Assembly (NCBI GenBank): GCA_019358935.1
Contig: JAHHIK010000046.1
Location: forward strand, 1 to 59,465
Length of the DNA stretch: 59,465 nt
Direction of reading: 5' to 3'
DNA from: Tolypothrix carrinoi HA7290-LM1
Lineage (GTDB): Bacteria; Cyanobacteriota; Cyanobacteriia; Cyanobacteriales; Nostocaceae
Shown: one piece after another, positions 39,557 to 50,417 of the stretch
Numbering within the stretch: the first letter of the stretch is position 1
Layout of the letters: each line of letters opens with the position of its first letter
Position numbers and translations under genes: made by a program
The notes under the pieces: model-generated
Databases searched by the model: none
Told to the model about the DNA's origin: nothing
What the model saw: the letters and a program-made list of their open reading frames with translations, nothing else

Positions 39557-40161
39557 CCCCTCTTTAATTTTCATTGCTCATTGCGAGCGTGCCTATTGCC
39601 CATTGCGAGCGTGCCCATTGCGAGCGTGCCCATGTTGAAATAAGCTGCTGTCAAGGATGAGGGAAGATTTCACAGCATCAGGTATACTAAACAGTGAAAT
39701 TTGCATACAGCGATCGCGTCATAGTGGGGGAAGGGTAAAGGTTGAAGAAAAAAGGCAAATCAATTTCTTTAACTGTTGCACTGGCTCCCCTGCTACCAGT
39801 TCATAGTAGTGAAGTTTCAGGTGGATTCTTGGCAATGAAAGCACACGCAAGCGGCAGCAATTATGGCAGCATGGGAAGAGGGTAGGGATTGTTATGTGCC
39901 TTGTTTTGAATAGCAATTGAGTGTAGCCATAACAATGGTTATGCCTTAAACGTACCGCACCTGCTGCAAGTCAAGTGCTACTTTTATTCTCCTTTCTTGA
40001 CATTAGGAACTACATCAATGTCTTAATAACCGCGAATCGACATCAAAAGTTGGTTGTATGCTCGCATTTTAAGCAAATATTGTGTCCAGATAAAGGTATT
40101 ATCGTCTGGATGAAAGTATTTCATGGCGAGAAGATATATGTACTTATACCTTCACTATTAA

Positions 40162-40440
40162 ATGAACTCAGAAAACTCGGAAACTTACATAAATCACCCA
40201 ACTTGGGGTTTGCTCTACAGAATCTGTATGGTTGATGAGAACCAAGAGATGTTTACTACACTGTATGCCCAACGCTTATTTTTTTTGGTGGCAACAGACG
40301 GTAAAGGAATCAAATTTCAGTCTATAGGACGTACCGAAGCTCGAATGATGCTGGAAAATCGCTTGCGAACTTTGCGGCGCACTGGACACTCTCAGGAGTA
40401 CGATCAGCTTCAGAGTGTTTTCCAACGCACCTTCCAATGA
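40162..40440 (+). CDS. pipX: PII/NtcA-interacting protein X
   Basis: ETYINHPTWGLLY, FTTLYAQRLFFLV, VFQRTF. Confidence 0.96.
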   Translation: MNSENSETYINHPTWGLLYRICMVDENQEMFTTLYAQRLFFLVATDGKGIKFQSIGRTEARMMLENRLRTLRRTGHSQEYDQLQSVFQRTFQ

Positions 40441-41108
40441 CTAGTTCGATCAAAGAACGTATTACCATAATCCGCTCCTCACTTCCTGATTCAGTTCGGT
40501 TGATTGCTGTCACCAAGCAAGTTTCTACCGAGGTAATGCGTTCTGCCTATGCCGCAGGACTGCGGGATTTTGCTGAGAGTCGCATTCAAGAAGCTACCAG
40601 CAAACAACTTGAATTACAAGACTTAACAGATATCACCTGGCATTTTATTGGACATTTGCAAAGCAATAAAGCCAAAAAAGCGCTTTCCCAATTCACCTGG
40701 ATTCACTCTGTAGATAATTTACAACTGGCGCAGCGCCTAAATCAATTGGCGCAAGAGTTAGGAGTGAGTCCCCAAGTTTGTCTACAGGTGAAAATTCTTG
40801 TTGATCCCAACAAATCTGGTTGGAGTGCGACCCAATTATTAGCTGACTTACCAGCACTCAATCAATGCGAAAATTTAAAAATTCAAGGTTTGATGACAAT
40901 CCCTCCTGCTGGATTGGATGATGCAGAAATAGCGCGTGTATTTAATCGTACCCGCGAACTAGCTGAAGAAATACAAAGACAAAACTGGTCAAATATAAAA
41001 ATGCAGCATCTTTCGATGGGGATGTCTGGCGATTATAAGTTGGCAGTGCAAGCGGGTGCAACGATGGTAAGATTGGGAACGATCTTGTTTGGCGATCGCT
41101 CTGTGTAA
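40437..41108 (+). CDS. pipY: PLP homeostasis protein PipY (YggS family)
   Basis: LIAVTK, WHFIGHLQSNK, LSMGMSGDY, GATMVRLGT; overlaps the pipX stop. Confidence 0.95.
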   Translation: MTSSIKERITIIRSSLPDSVRLIAVTKQVSTEVMRSAYAAGLRDFAESRIQEATSKQLELQDLTDITWHFIGHLQSNKAKKALSQFTWIHSVDNLQLAQRLNQLAQELGVSPQVCLQVKILVDPNKSGWSATQLLADLPALNQCENLKIQGLMTIPPAGLDDAEIARVFNRTRELAEEIQRQNWSNIKMQHLSMGMSGDYKLAVQAGATMVRLGTILFGDRSV

Positions 41109-41592
41109 AATATTCACATTACCAGTGATTTGAGGCAGTATTACCTCTAAATACAGAATAATTTTTTAACCAGCTGGTTGTGTAGGTAACAAAAGATATA
41201 GTATGAACAAAAGCAAAGAAAAATTAAAATATGGGTAACAAAAAGTTTTTTCAGGACAACTATTAGTATATAATTCGGACTCATTATTGCAATTCGTCAA
41301 GGTCAACTGAAGGCTCAAGTATGAAGGATAAAATACCCCATTCATAAACAAATGGGGCTTGAACTAAGAAAAAATCTTTTACATTGGTGTCCACATCGGA
41401 CGAACCTTGTACCAAATGACACATTTATTTTTCATCACTTATCCTTTATACTTCAAATCATGACCAGAGCTTGTAATAGATGCTACAAACAGCGCTAAAA
41501 TTGCATACCTGTCAGTTCTTTGTAGCGATGAAAGCTGAGTGAATCAACTTTTGTCACATCAGTAAAGGTGGTTAATTCTTGGAGCGTAAACC

Positions 41593-42183
41593 ATGAACAA
41601 TATATTTTCCAAACTCAGAGACTTCGTTGGTCTAAACGAGCAAGTCGAATACGAGTACTACGAAGAAGATCCAGATACCAAAAGTTACCAAAATATATAT
41701 CAAGAACAAAACGTCACTCCAGCACCACAAGAGCAAAGCCAACAAAATCGACGTTGGCGCGAACCCATGCCTACAATGGAAACTGATGTAACAACAGGTT
41801 CAAAGCCTATGAGTAATGTTATTGGGATGCCAGGAGCGATAAATGGAATTTCCGAAGTATTGGTGTTAGAACCACGCACCTTTGAGGAAATGCCCCAGGC
41901 AATTCAAGCATTGCGAGAACGAAAGTCCATAGTGTTAAATTTGACAATAATGGACCCGGATCAAGCACAACGCGCCGTCGATTTTGTCGCAGGTGGAACT
42001 TACGCACTCGACGGACATCAAGAGCGCATCGGTGAAAGTATATTTTTGTTTACGCCAAGCTGTGTACAAGTTAGCACTCATGGTGGCGTACTTCACGAAG
42101 TACCCCAACCCCCAGTTCGTCCCGCACGTCCTACAGGTGCAACTCCCACTTGGGGAAATGAAGCCAATCGGATGGCACAATAA
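41593..42183 (+). CDS. sepF: Cell division protein SepF
   Basis: [32 protein letters not shown]. Confidence 0.96.
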   Translation: MNNIFSKLRDFVGLNEQVEYEYYEEDPDTKSYQNIYQEQNVTPAPQEQSQQNRRWREPMPTMETDVTTGSKPMSNVIGMPGAINGISEVLVLEPRTFEEMPQAIQALRERKSIVLNLTIMDPDQAQRAVDFVAGGTYALDGHQERIGESIFLFTPSCVQVSTHGGVLHEVPQPPVRPARPTGATPTWGNEANRMAQ

Positions 42184-42314
42184 AGTTAGTCGAAAGTCAA
42201 GAGGAGCCAGTTGCGTGGGCGGCTGTGCCGACTTGAGCAATCTGGCGTTCAAAAGTCCAGAGTTTATAGTTTTTGACTCTTGACTTTTGACTAATGACCT
42301 TTGACTATTAACGA

Positions 42315-43127
42315 ATGACTATTAAATTTGGCTTAATTGGTGGTGGGGTAATGGGAGAAGCGCTGTTATCCCGCCTTATTGACAGAGGCATTTACCAACC
42401 ATCAGAAGTCATAGTAAGTGAACCCCAACCTTCACGTCAGAGCTATTTAGAGCAGAAATACGCTGTAACGGTGACACCAGATAATCGGCTGGTTTTTACA
42501 GCTGCAACAGAAGTTGTATTTTTAGCAGTGAAGCCGCAGGTGTTCAGCGCGATCGCTCAAGAATTAGCAGATGTCATCAGTACAAATTCCTCACCCCTAG
42601 TAATTTCTATCTTGGCAGGTGTGCCCATCAGTCAGCTAGAAGCCGGATTTCCGCAGTTACCAGTAATTAGGGCAATGCCGAATACCCCAGCAACTGTAGG
42701 AGCCGGAATTACCGCAATTTGCTTAGGTGCATATACACATGCAAACCATTATCAAAAAGCACAGGAAATCTTTGCCGCAGTCGGGGAAGTTGTCGAAGTT
42801 TCCGAAAATTTGATCGACGCAGTAACAGGACTTTCCGGTAGTGGTCCGGCTTATGTAGCGTTGATGGTAGAAGCATTAGCTGATGGTGGAGTAGCCGCAG
42901 GTTTACCCAGAGCGATCGCCTATCAATTAGCTCTCTCTACCGTACTGGGAACCGCAACACTGCTGCATGAAACCAAATTGCACCCAGCAGAACTCAAAGA
43001 CCGCGTTACCAGTCCTGGTGGCACCACAATCGCCGGTATTGCTCAACTAGAAAAAGCTGGTTTTCGTTCAGCTTTAATTGAAGCAGTCAAAGCAGCCACA
43101 ACGCGATCGCTTGAATTGGGGAAATAG
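42315..43127 (+). CDS. proC: Pyrroline-5-carboxylate reductase
   Basis: IGGGVMG, RAMPNTP, GLSGSGPAY, VTSPGGTT. Confidence 0.97.
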   Translation: MTIKFGLIGGGVMGEALLSRLIDRGIYQPSEVIVSEPQPSRQSYLEQKYAVTVTPDNRLVFTAATEVVFLAVKPQVFSAIAQELADVISTNSSPLVISILAGVPISQLEAGFPQLPVIRAMPNTPATVGAGITAICLGAYTHANHYQKAQEIFAAVGEVVEVSENLIDAVTGLSGSGPAYVALMVEALADGGVAAGLPRAIAYQLALSTVLGTATLLHETKLHPAELKDRVTSPGGTTIAGIAQLEKAGFRSALIEAVKAATTRSLELGK

Positions 43128-43367
43128 AGAATGGGGAATGGGGCATGGGGCACGGGGCATGGGGCATGGGAAAAAAATTTGACTTTATTCTCACGTTCCT
43201 AATTATCAATGCCCATTGCCCATTGCCCAATGACGGCAGGTGCGTGACTGTCGGCGGAGCCTTTCCAACGCACTGCCTCCCCAATTCCCCATTACCCATT
43301 GACTAATGACAAAGTTGACAAAATAGCCGTTAATATAGTAAAAAGACTGGTTGCAAATGTCCCATAC

Positions 43368-46040
43368 GTGAATTATCCTGCGCTGTCTCCAGAACTTGAC
43401 CCGCATACGATATTTCCCTTTGAGTTGGATCAATTTCAGAAGGATGCGATCGCCTCGCTGAACGCTGGAAGCTCCGTTGTTGTCTGTGCGCCCACCGGCA
43501 GCGGCAAAACTTTAATCGGGGAATACGCCATTTATCGCGCTTTGTCGCGGGGTAAACGTGTATTTTACACGACGCCTCTAAAGGCGCTGTCAAATCAAAA
43601 GTTACGTGATTTTCGCTCAAAATTCGGTTCCGATCTCGTCGGACTGTTAACTGGCGATATCTCTGTTAACAGAGATGCGCCGATTGTAGTCATGACTACA
43701 GAAATTTTCCGAAATATGCTCTATGGCACACCCATCGGGCAAGTCGGCACTTCATTGGTAGACGTTGAGGTGGTGGTGCTGGATGAGTGCCACTACATGA
43801 ACGACCGTCAACGGGGCACAGTTTGGGAAGAATCGATTATTTATTGCCCAGGTGAAGTTCAACTGGTAGCGCTTTCCGCCACAGTTGCCAATAGCGACCA
43901 ACTCACCGACTGGCTAAATCAAGTTCACGGTCCAACTGACCTGATTTACTCGGATTTTCGCCCAGTTCCCTTAGATTTTAGCTTTGGCAATCCCAAGGGG
44001 CTGTTTCCCTTGTTGAATGAAAGCAAAAATAAAATCAACCCCCGCTTAGTTAAGAGAGGGAAAAGAGGACCGCAAGACAGAGGTAGAGGTGGTAGACCAG
44101 AAGCTCCCAGCATAGAATACACCCTGAGCCAGCTACAGCAAAGGGATATGCTACCCGCAATTTACTTTATCTTCAGCCGCCGGGGATGTGATAAAGCCGT
44201 GGCTGAGGTGGGTGATTTGTGGCTGGTGGATAATGACGAGTCCCAAGTGTTGCGGCGGCAAATTGACGATTTTTTATCTCGCAATCCCGAAGCCGGACGT
44301 TCTGGACAAATTGCCCCTTTATATAGGGGAATTGCCGCACACCATGCGGGAATTTTACCAGCGTGGAAAGTCTTGGTAGAAGAACTTTTTCAGCAAGGAC
44401 TGATTAAAGTCGTCTTTGCTACCGAGACATTGGCAGCAGGAATTAACATGCCAGCCCGGACAACTGTGATTTCCACCCTTTCCAAGCGTACTGACACCGG
44501 ACACCGCCTGTTAAACGCTTCCGAATTTCTGCAAATGGCGGGAAGAGCCGGACGCCGGGGGATGGACAAGCAAGGTTACGTGGTGACGTTGCAAACTCCC
44601 TTTGAAGGAGCCAAAGAAGCGGCATATCTAGCAACATCTAAACCTGACCCTTTGGTTAGCCAATTTACACCAAGTTACGGTATGGTACTGAACTTACTGC
44701 AAACTCACACCTTGGAAGAAGCCAAGGAATTGATAGAGCGCAGTTTTGGGCAGTACATGGCGACGTTGCATTTAAGACCAGATTATGAGGAGATTGGCGA
44801 ACTGCAAGCAGAATTGGCACAACTTCAAGCGCAAATAGCCGCAGTAGATGAAAAGGAAATTGCTGTTTATGAGAAATTGCGCCAACGGCTAAAAGTAGAA
44901 CGGCAACTTTTGAAAACTCTGCAAGAACAGGCTCAGTCAGATAGGCAAGAAGAATTGGGCATGATGTTGAGCTTTGCAGTGTCGGGGACGCTTTTAGGTT
45001 TGAAGGGGAAGAATATTCCCGTATCTACACCTGTAACAGCGGTGTTGGTGGGGAAAACCCCAGGCTCCGGTCAATCGCCTTACTTGGTATGCTTGGGGCA
45101 AGATAACCGCTGGTATGTAGCGACGACTGGGGATGTCGTGGATTTGTATGCGGAACTACCGCGAGTTGAAGTTGAGGCTGATTTGTTACCACCGCCGGAA
45201 ATGCCTTTAAAACCAGGACAGTCACGTCGGGGTAATGAAGAAACAGCAGCGATCGCTTCTATAATTCCCGATCCGAGCGAGTTTGTGCAATTACCTCCAG
45301 AAGTAGCCGAACAACTTAGCCGCACTGCTGCTGTGCAAGAGCAAATAGAAGCTCATCCCATACATCAAGCCGGCAATCTCCCAGCAATTTTTAAACGCAA
45401 AGCCCGCTGTGTCGAACTCGAAGCCGAAATTCAACTAATGCAGGAACAAGTTGAGCAACAATCCCAACGTCATTGGGAAGAATTTGTCAACTTAATTGAA
45501 ATTTTGCAACACTTTAACGCATTGGTTAACTTAGTCCCAACTCAATTAGGGCAAATCGCCGCCGCTATGCGCGGAGAAAATGAATTGTGGCTGGGTTTGG
45601 CGCTCGCCAGTGGGGAGTTGGATAATTTAGATCCGCACCATTTAGCAGCAGCAGCTGCGGCTTTGGTGACAGAAACTCCGCGTCCAGATAGTAAAGTACA
45701 CTTCGACTTAAGTGATGAAGTAGTAGAAGCACTAGGAAAATTGCGGGGAATTCGCCGCCAAATGTTTCAATTACAACGCCGGTATAGCGTGGCGTTGCCT
45801 ATTTGGTTGGAATTTGAGTTAATTGCCATAATCGAACAATGGGCACTGGGTATGCCGTGGACACAACTGTGCGAACATACCACTTTAGATGAAGGTGATG
45901 TAGTCAGGTTGCTGCGCCGCACTTTGGATTTATTATCCCAGATACCCCACGTCCCCCATCTGCCGGAATCGTTGCGCCGCAATGCTCATCGGGCAATGCA
46001 ATTGATTGACAGGTTCCCGGTTAATGAGGAGGTTGAATAA
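43368..46040 (+). CDS. Ski2/HelY-like DExH RNA helicase
   Basis: APTGSGKT, LDECHY, ALSAT, QMAGRAGRRG, C-terminal DEGDVVRLLRR (DSHCT); likely GTG start 43368. Confidence 0.93.
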   Translation: MNYPALSPELDPHTIFPFELDQFQKDAIASLNAGSSVVVCAPTGSGKTLIGEYAIYRALSRGKRVFYTTPLKALSNQKLRDFRSKFGSDLVGLLTGDISVNRDAPIVVMTTEIFRNMLYGTPIGQVGTSLVDVEVVVLDECHYMNDRQRGTVWEESIIYCPGEVQLVALSATVANSDQLTDWLNQVHGPTDLIYSDFRPVPLDFSFGNPKGLFPLLNESKNKINPRLVKRGKRGPQDRGRGGRPEAPSIEYTLSQLQQRDMLPAIYFIFSRRGCDKAVAEVGDLWLVDNDESQVLRRQIDDFLSRNPEAGRSGQIAPLYRGIAAHHAGILPAWKVLVEELFQQGLIKVVFATETLAAGINMPARTTVISTLSKRTDTGHRLLNASEFLQMAGRAGRRGMDKQGYVVTLQTPFEGAKEAAYLATSKPDPLVSQFTPSYGMVLNLLQTHTLEEAKELIERSFGQYMATLHLRPDYEEIGELQAELAQLQAQIAAVDEKEIAVYEKLRQRLKVERQLLKTLQEQAQSDRQEELGMMLSFAVSGTLLGLKGKNIPVSTPVTAVLVGKTPGSGQSPYLVCLGQDNRWYVATTGDVVDLYAELPRVEVEADLLPPPEMPLKPGQSRRGNEETAAIASIIPDPSEFVQLPPEVAEQLSRTAAVQEQIEAHPIHQAGNLPAIFKRKARCVELEAEIQLMQEQVEQQSQRHWEEFVNLIEILQHFNALVNLVPTQLGQIAAAMRGENELWLGLALASGELDNLDPHHLAAAAAALVTETPRPDSKVHFDLSDEVVEALGKLRGIRRQMFQLQRRYSVALPIWLEFELIAIIEQWALGMPWTQLCEHTTLDEGDVVRLLRRTLDLLSQIPHVPHLPESLRRNAHRAMQLIDRFPVNEEVE

Positions 46041-46041
46041 T

Positions 46042-46162
46042 TTGGGGCATTGGGCATGGGGAATGGGGCAGGGGGGCAGGGGGGCAGGGGGGGCAGGGGG
46101 GCAGGGGGAGAAATATTTCTTCTTTCTTAACGATGCCCATTGCCCAATGCCCATTGCCCAAT
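46042..46162. repeat. STRR/G-rich repeats between convergent genes
   Basis: GGGCATT/GGGGGCA units facing TGCCCAT/TGCCCAA units. Confidence 0.8.
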
Positions 46163-46169
46163 TCGCAAT

Positions 46170-46526
46170 TTAATAGACTAAAGGTTGCCCACCTTTGAGA
46201 TTACGTAAAGTATTTACACAATATGGGCAGTCGCAACCAAATAAAGCGATCGCCTCATGGCTTTCTTCTTCCGAAAAGTCCAACATGGCAACATTTTTAT
46301 CAGATTGCTGTACTGAACTCACTTTAGGTGGGGGTGTTGTCTGTGAAACCCGCGTACAAACAAAGTTGTTATACCCTGCATGTGGATGACGTACACATGC
46401 TTGACCATCTTTCATACGCAGAACTGGCTGTGACGCATGTGCTGGGTTTACTACCCCAATGATAGACATCATAGATGCAAAAATAGTCGGGCTGGAAAGT
46501 AAAGTCAGTATTAATTTTCTGTTCAT
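46170..46526 (-). CDS. Exported hypothetical protein with GCDCxxC motif
   Basis: Signal peptide ending PAHA; LDFSEEES..FGCDCPYC. Confidence 0.75.
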   Translation of the reverse strand: MNRKLILTLLSSPTIFASMMSIIGVVNPAHASQPVLRMKDGQACVRHPHAGYNNFVCTRVSQTTPPPKVSSVQQSDKNVAMLDFSEEESHEAIALFGCDCPYCVNTLRNLKGGQPLVY

Positions 46527-46642
46527 AAGTTTTTCGGGAACGTCTTACTGAACGATTAGGTTATCCGATTAACTGTTACAGGTCAAGAGAGTTTTTTCAG
46601 GAAAATAATTAGTTCTACTTTTGATTTTTAGATTTCTAATTT

Positions 46643-46689
46643 GTAGTAGGCGTTTTAATGCCTGTTTTAAGCACTGAAGTGCTTACTAC
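46643..46689. repeat. GTAG-type REP doublet overlapping the GH3 gene stop
   Basis: GTAGTAGGCGTTTTAATGCCTG...TAAGCACTGAAGTGCTTACTAC. Confidence 0.65.
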
Positions 46690-48199
46690 GAATCAATTCA
46701 ATTTCAGCGAGTAGTTCTGATTCGATGGGTGTGGTTGAGAGAATATCGTGTTTCAAGTCACCCCATTTTTTACTTGATCGCGTTTTATATAAAGCGATAA
46801 TTTCCGGGATGCGTGAAGATACCAATACTCGCACGGGTTGAAGTTGATTTAGAAGTCTGGCATGGCGATATTGAGGAGATTGTTGCAATGCATCATCTAA
46901 TTGTTGAGCGAGTTCTTGGGGATTTACATTCGTTTGGTCGAGTAACAAAACGTAATGTTGCGGCTGCTTGACAGGTACTAAACTTTTAAAGGATGTTCCT
47001 TGTAATGGTAAGGAATCGAGAATTTGACGGACAAATTCAGAATTTAGTTTCTCGCCTACTAAATCGCTGATTTCTTGTGTGCGTCCGAGAAATTGCAAAC
47101 AAGGTGTATTTAAATAGAAATGGGTAACGCTCAGGCGATCGCCTATTCGATAACGATACAATCCTCCTTTCTGAGAAATAATTATCTCATAAATGCCGTC
47201 TTTTTCCAATTCATGCAAACGGTAAATTTTGCCGGTTTCATCCTCAAACTCAAAAAACACCTCATTCAGCATTGGTACGCATCCCCGCGCTTCAATTAAG
47301 GGGATAGTTAGCGGTGCTTCGGTAGCGAGGAGTCCTTTACCCTGTACTAAAACGTTGGGAAACAATAAACGCAAAAATTCCGCACCATCCGCAGCGTTAG
47401 CGCTATCCCAACAAGAGATAAGTTTGAGTTCTTGCCAAAGTTGCGTCCAAGGAATCTCTGTATTGAGAAGCATTTGGTGTCGTTGAGGTGAAAGGCGATC
47501 GCCTATTTCTAATAAAAGTCGTGTACGATTATTTTGAATATAATCGAGGATAACTTTAAGAAAACTCGGACTCCAAATAGAGATAATTTCCAACTGATCT
47601 TCAAGTAAAAGTGTCTGAGAAAGCTTATTTTTAAATTCTTCCGCATCACCAACGCGATTTAATCCGCGAGGTGAAATCAAAAAAGGACTGAGAAACCATC
47701 TTAACCATTTATCTAAATATTCTGAATCATTGTTTAATCCGATTTCATCTGCTTTTTCTCCCAATTGTGGCGAAATGCAAAAGTATATTTTACCTGTTGA
47801 AAAATTTGCCCCATGTACAATTAAATCATGTGCCCAAACGCAGAACATTTGATTAAAAGAACTCAGCAAAGATTTCGTGTAAGGAATTAATTTAGCAGCA
47901 CCGCGACTTCCGGAAGTTTTTTCATAAAAAAGGATTGATTCAGATGTTAGGAAAGGCTTTTTGGTTTCCTTTTGTTGCAAAATCGACTTTTCAATATCGT
48001 GGTATGCAACTATGGGTATGCGATGCCAATCAGCAATAGATGTGACATTTAAAGATTTACCATATTCACTTTGAATAAGACGTTTGATAATCGCTTTTTG
48101 TACTGCTTGCTGCGACGCTTGGGGATTTTTAAGTGCAGAATGAAATCTTTTAGCAGCAGGGGTGAGAAGCTTTGCGAATAGTTTAATAATAAAGCGCAT
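46667..48199 (-). CDS. GH3-family acyl-adenylate/amide ligase
   Basis: EKTSGSRGAAKLIPYT, SIWSPSF, QGKGLLATEA, GGLYRYRIGD, FLGR..SDLVGEKL. Confidence 0.88.
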   Translation of the reverse strand: MRFIIKLFAKLLTPAAKRFHSALKNPQASQQAVQKAIIKRLIQSEYGKSLNVTSIADWHRIPIVAYHDIEKSILQQKETKKPFLTSESILFYEKTSGSRGAAKLIPYTKSLLSSFNQMFCVWAHDLIVHGANFSTGKIYFCISPQLGEKADEIGLNNDSEYLDKWLRWFLSPFLISPRGLNRVGDAEEFKNKLSQTLLLEDQLEIISIWSPSFLKVILDYIQNNRTRLLLEIGDRLSPQRHQMLLNTEIPWTQLWQELKLISCWDSANAADGAEFLRLLFPNVLVQGKGLLATEAPLTIPLIEARGCVPMLNEVFFEFEDETGKIYRLHELEKDGIYEIIISQKGGLYRYRIGDRLSVTHFYLNTPCLQFLGRTQEISDLVGEKLNSEFVRQILDSLPLQGTSFKSLVPVKQPQHYVLLLDQTNVNPQELAQQLDDALQQSPQYRHARLLNQLQPVRVLVSSRIPEIIALYKTRSSKKWGDLKHDILSTTPIESELLAEIELIRSKHFSA

Positions 48200-48252
48200 T
48201 TATGGATGAAACCTCACGCAAAGGCGCAAAGACGCAAAGAAAGAGTTTAAAA

Positions 48253-48897
48253 TTAAGTTTCTGAGTTTTCGCTGTTGACTTTTGACTCTTGACTAAATTT
48301 TTTGTTTGGATAAATATGAGTGAAAACAGGAACATAAGTTCCATCTAAAATTGTAACTCCTGGTGCGATGTGATTCCAAGCTCCTAAAAAGACATTATTG
48401 CCGATTTTCACTTTTTTAACATATAGCAGTAAATCTTGTTTTTTCGGTTTGATGATGTGAGAATAAATGCCGACACCGTTACCAAATACGACATTATCGC
48501 CGATTTCGATTAAAGCGCGATCGCTTATTTCTAACTGCGGTGTCCAATAAACATTTTTACCCACTTTTGCCCCCCACAACCGCAACCACAATGAGAATGC
48601 ACCAGGGATAAGCCGCAACAGTGTTTCTAATGCGGGAAAGGCAATATATATTAGTTGTATTTGGTGACTTCCCCACCAAGGTGAATAATTTTTACCACCT
48701 AAATAACTGATTCCTTCTTTTAAAGGATAGAAATATTCGTGTATTGTATATACCAATAAGGGCAAACAGTACAGAGAAAAAATAAGCGCCATAATACTTA
48801 ATATTCCTGGATGAAAGCAAATCCCCAGGAAAGCTGCCAAAGTCATGAGAATAACAAAGGCAGGAAAGCCGGAAAGCATTATGCTAAGTGGAGTCAT
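48253..48897 (-). CDS. Membrane-anchored left-handed beta-helix acyltransferase
   Basis: Two N-terminal TMs; LRLWGAKVGKNVYW, IEIGDNVVFG, VKIGNNVFLG hexapeptides. Confidence 0.85.
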   Translation of the reverse strand: MTPLSIMLSGFPAFVILMTLAAFLGICFHPGILSIMALIFSLYCLPLLVYTIHEYFYPLKEGISYLGGKNYSPWWGSHQIQLIYIAFPALETLLRLIPGAFSLWLRLWGAKVGKNVYWTPQLEISDRALIEIGDNVVFGNGVGIYSHIIKPKKQDLLLYVKKVKIGNNVFLGAWNHIAPGVTILDGTYVPVFTHIYPNKKFSQESKVNSENSET

Positions 48898-49285
48898 ACG
48901 TTTTACAAACTGAGTCTCTCAAGCAGTGGAAGCAAGACGGAACAACATAATGTTACTAATGTAAACACTACTTTAATAGTACTTTTTTTAACAATTATTT
49001 AATTAAATTTTATGAAAAAATATCAAATTTACATTAATTATATGTAATTTATACTCATGTAGATGATAAAAGTCAGATAAATATTATTGCTTCTACCGAC
49101 ATGTACCTTACATCTGCGTACCGTAACTTAATCAACAGAAAAATATATCTGCTTTTTACCAGCAAAGTCATTAAAGATTGAGTCAGGAGAGCTTCTAATG
49201 TAACAATTTATCAAGTGTAAAAGCTTTTAGTGTGTAGTTTTTCTGAGTTTTATCGTCAACCAAGCTTACGTATTGAGGTAAATAA

Positions 49286-50365
49286 TTGAAAATATATTTA
49301 AAGTCAAGTCGAGCGATCGCAACTTTTTTTGCATTTTCTTTTCTACTAAGTAGCTGTGGTCGCAATATCCCATCATTTAAAGAACTTGAAGGAATGACAA
49401 GTTCTCTTAAATCAGGAGCCAGTAGCATGGCTGAAGACATTTATAACTCTTGTATTACCAAAACTAAATATATATCTTTTCTGGTAGTTCCAGATTCCGC
49501 AGGGTCATTTACCCAAAGAGAAGAGCAGGAGAAAATTTGCGAAACAAGTAGCAAACCTACTTCTAAAAATGTAGCAAGAGCAAATGCAATTCTTACAGAA
49601 TATATAGATGCTTTAGTTTATCTGGCTAATGGGAAAAATTTATCTGGTCAGACTATATCTTTTGATGAAAATTTTACTAAACTTGGTAATTCACTAAAAA
49701 GCTTGAGCATTCCAGGAGCAGCAGGAACCCAATCTAGAGCTATTTTTAATGAGTCGGAAGTTAACGCGGGAATAAGTATTGCCAAATTCCTAACTAATGT
49801 ATTTACAAAGGAGTTTCGCCGGGACAAGTTGAAGCAAGCTATTTTGTGTACCGATAAGGATATTCAAACTTATATTAAAGGATCATCAACGTCTGAACAA
49901 CCTACAGGAGGATTAATTGCACTCACACAACAAGGCTATATCAACTTGACTTTGGAGATAGAAGAAGAAAAGATTCGAGGGTATTTTACTGATTACATAG
50001 CTGTACTTGGTAGTAATCCAAATAGTCGTATTTTAGATTTTCGACAGTTAGAAGAAAAATATAACGAGGCTATGGATAATTTGAGAAAAAGAAGAGATAA
50101 TGCTGAAACTTATATAGAGGTACTTAGTAAAGTAGCTGAAATGCACGCCAAGCTTAAAACTGAATTTGAAGGTAAAAACAATTTAAATGATGCTCAGTTA
50201 CAAAACTATTGTAAAGACTTCTTTCAACCAAAGACCGAGAAAGTTGCCAGCAAAGATAAGTCAGTTAAATACGATGCTGAAGAACTGAGAAAAGTGACAA
50301 ATATAGTATCTGAATACACGAAAGTTTTAAAACCCTTAATTCAGAAGCTAGATGAAACTAGATAA
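49286..50365 (+). CDS. Hypothetical alpha-helical lipoprotein
   Basis: TTG start after GAGG; lipobox FLLSSC; AT-rich. Confidence 0.75.
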   Translation: MKIYLKSSRAIATFFAFSFLLSSCGRNIPSFKELEGMTSSLKSGASSMAEDIYNSCITKTKYISFLVVPDSAGSFTQREEQEKICETSSKPTSKNVARANAILTEYIDALVYLANGKNLSGQTISFDENFTKLGNSLKSLSIPGAAGTQSRAIFNESEVNAGISIAKFLTNVFTKEFRRDKLKQAILCTDKDIQTYIKGSSTSEQPTGGLIALTQQGYINLTLEIEEEKIRGYFTDYIAVLGSNPNSRILDFRQLEEKYNEAMDNLRKRRDNAETYIEVLSKVAEMHAKLKTEFEGKNNLNDAQLQNYCKDFFQPKTEKVASKDKSVKYDAEELRKVTNIVSEYTKVLKPLIQKLDETR

Positions 50366-50417
50366 ATGACTTTTTATTCAATTTTTAGGAGAATTTTGAA
50401 ATAACAGGAGATGAAAT

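Noticed and set aside
39923..39936. NtcA box upstream of pipX (GTAGCCATAACAAT)
   Set aside because: The right half does not match GTA-N8-TAC; not supportable without TSS data
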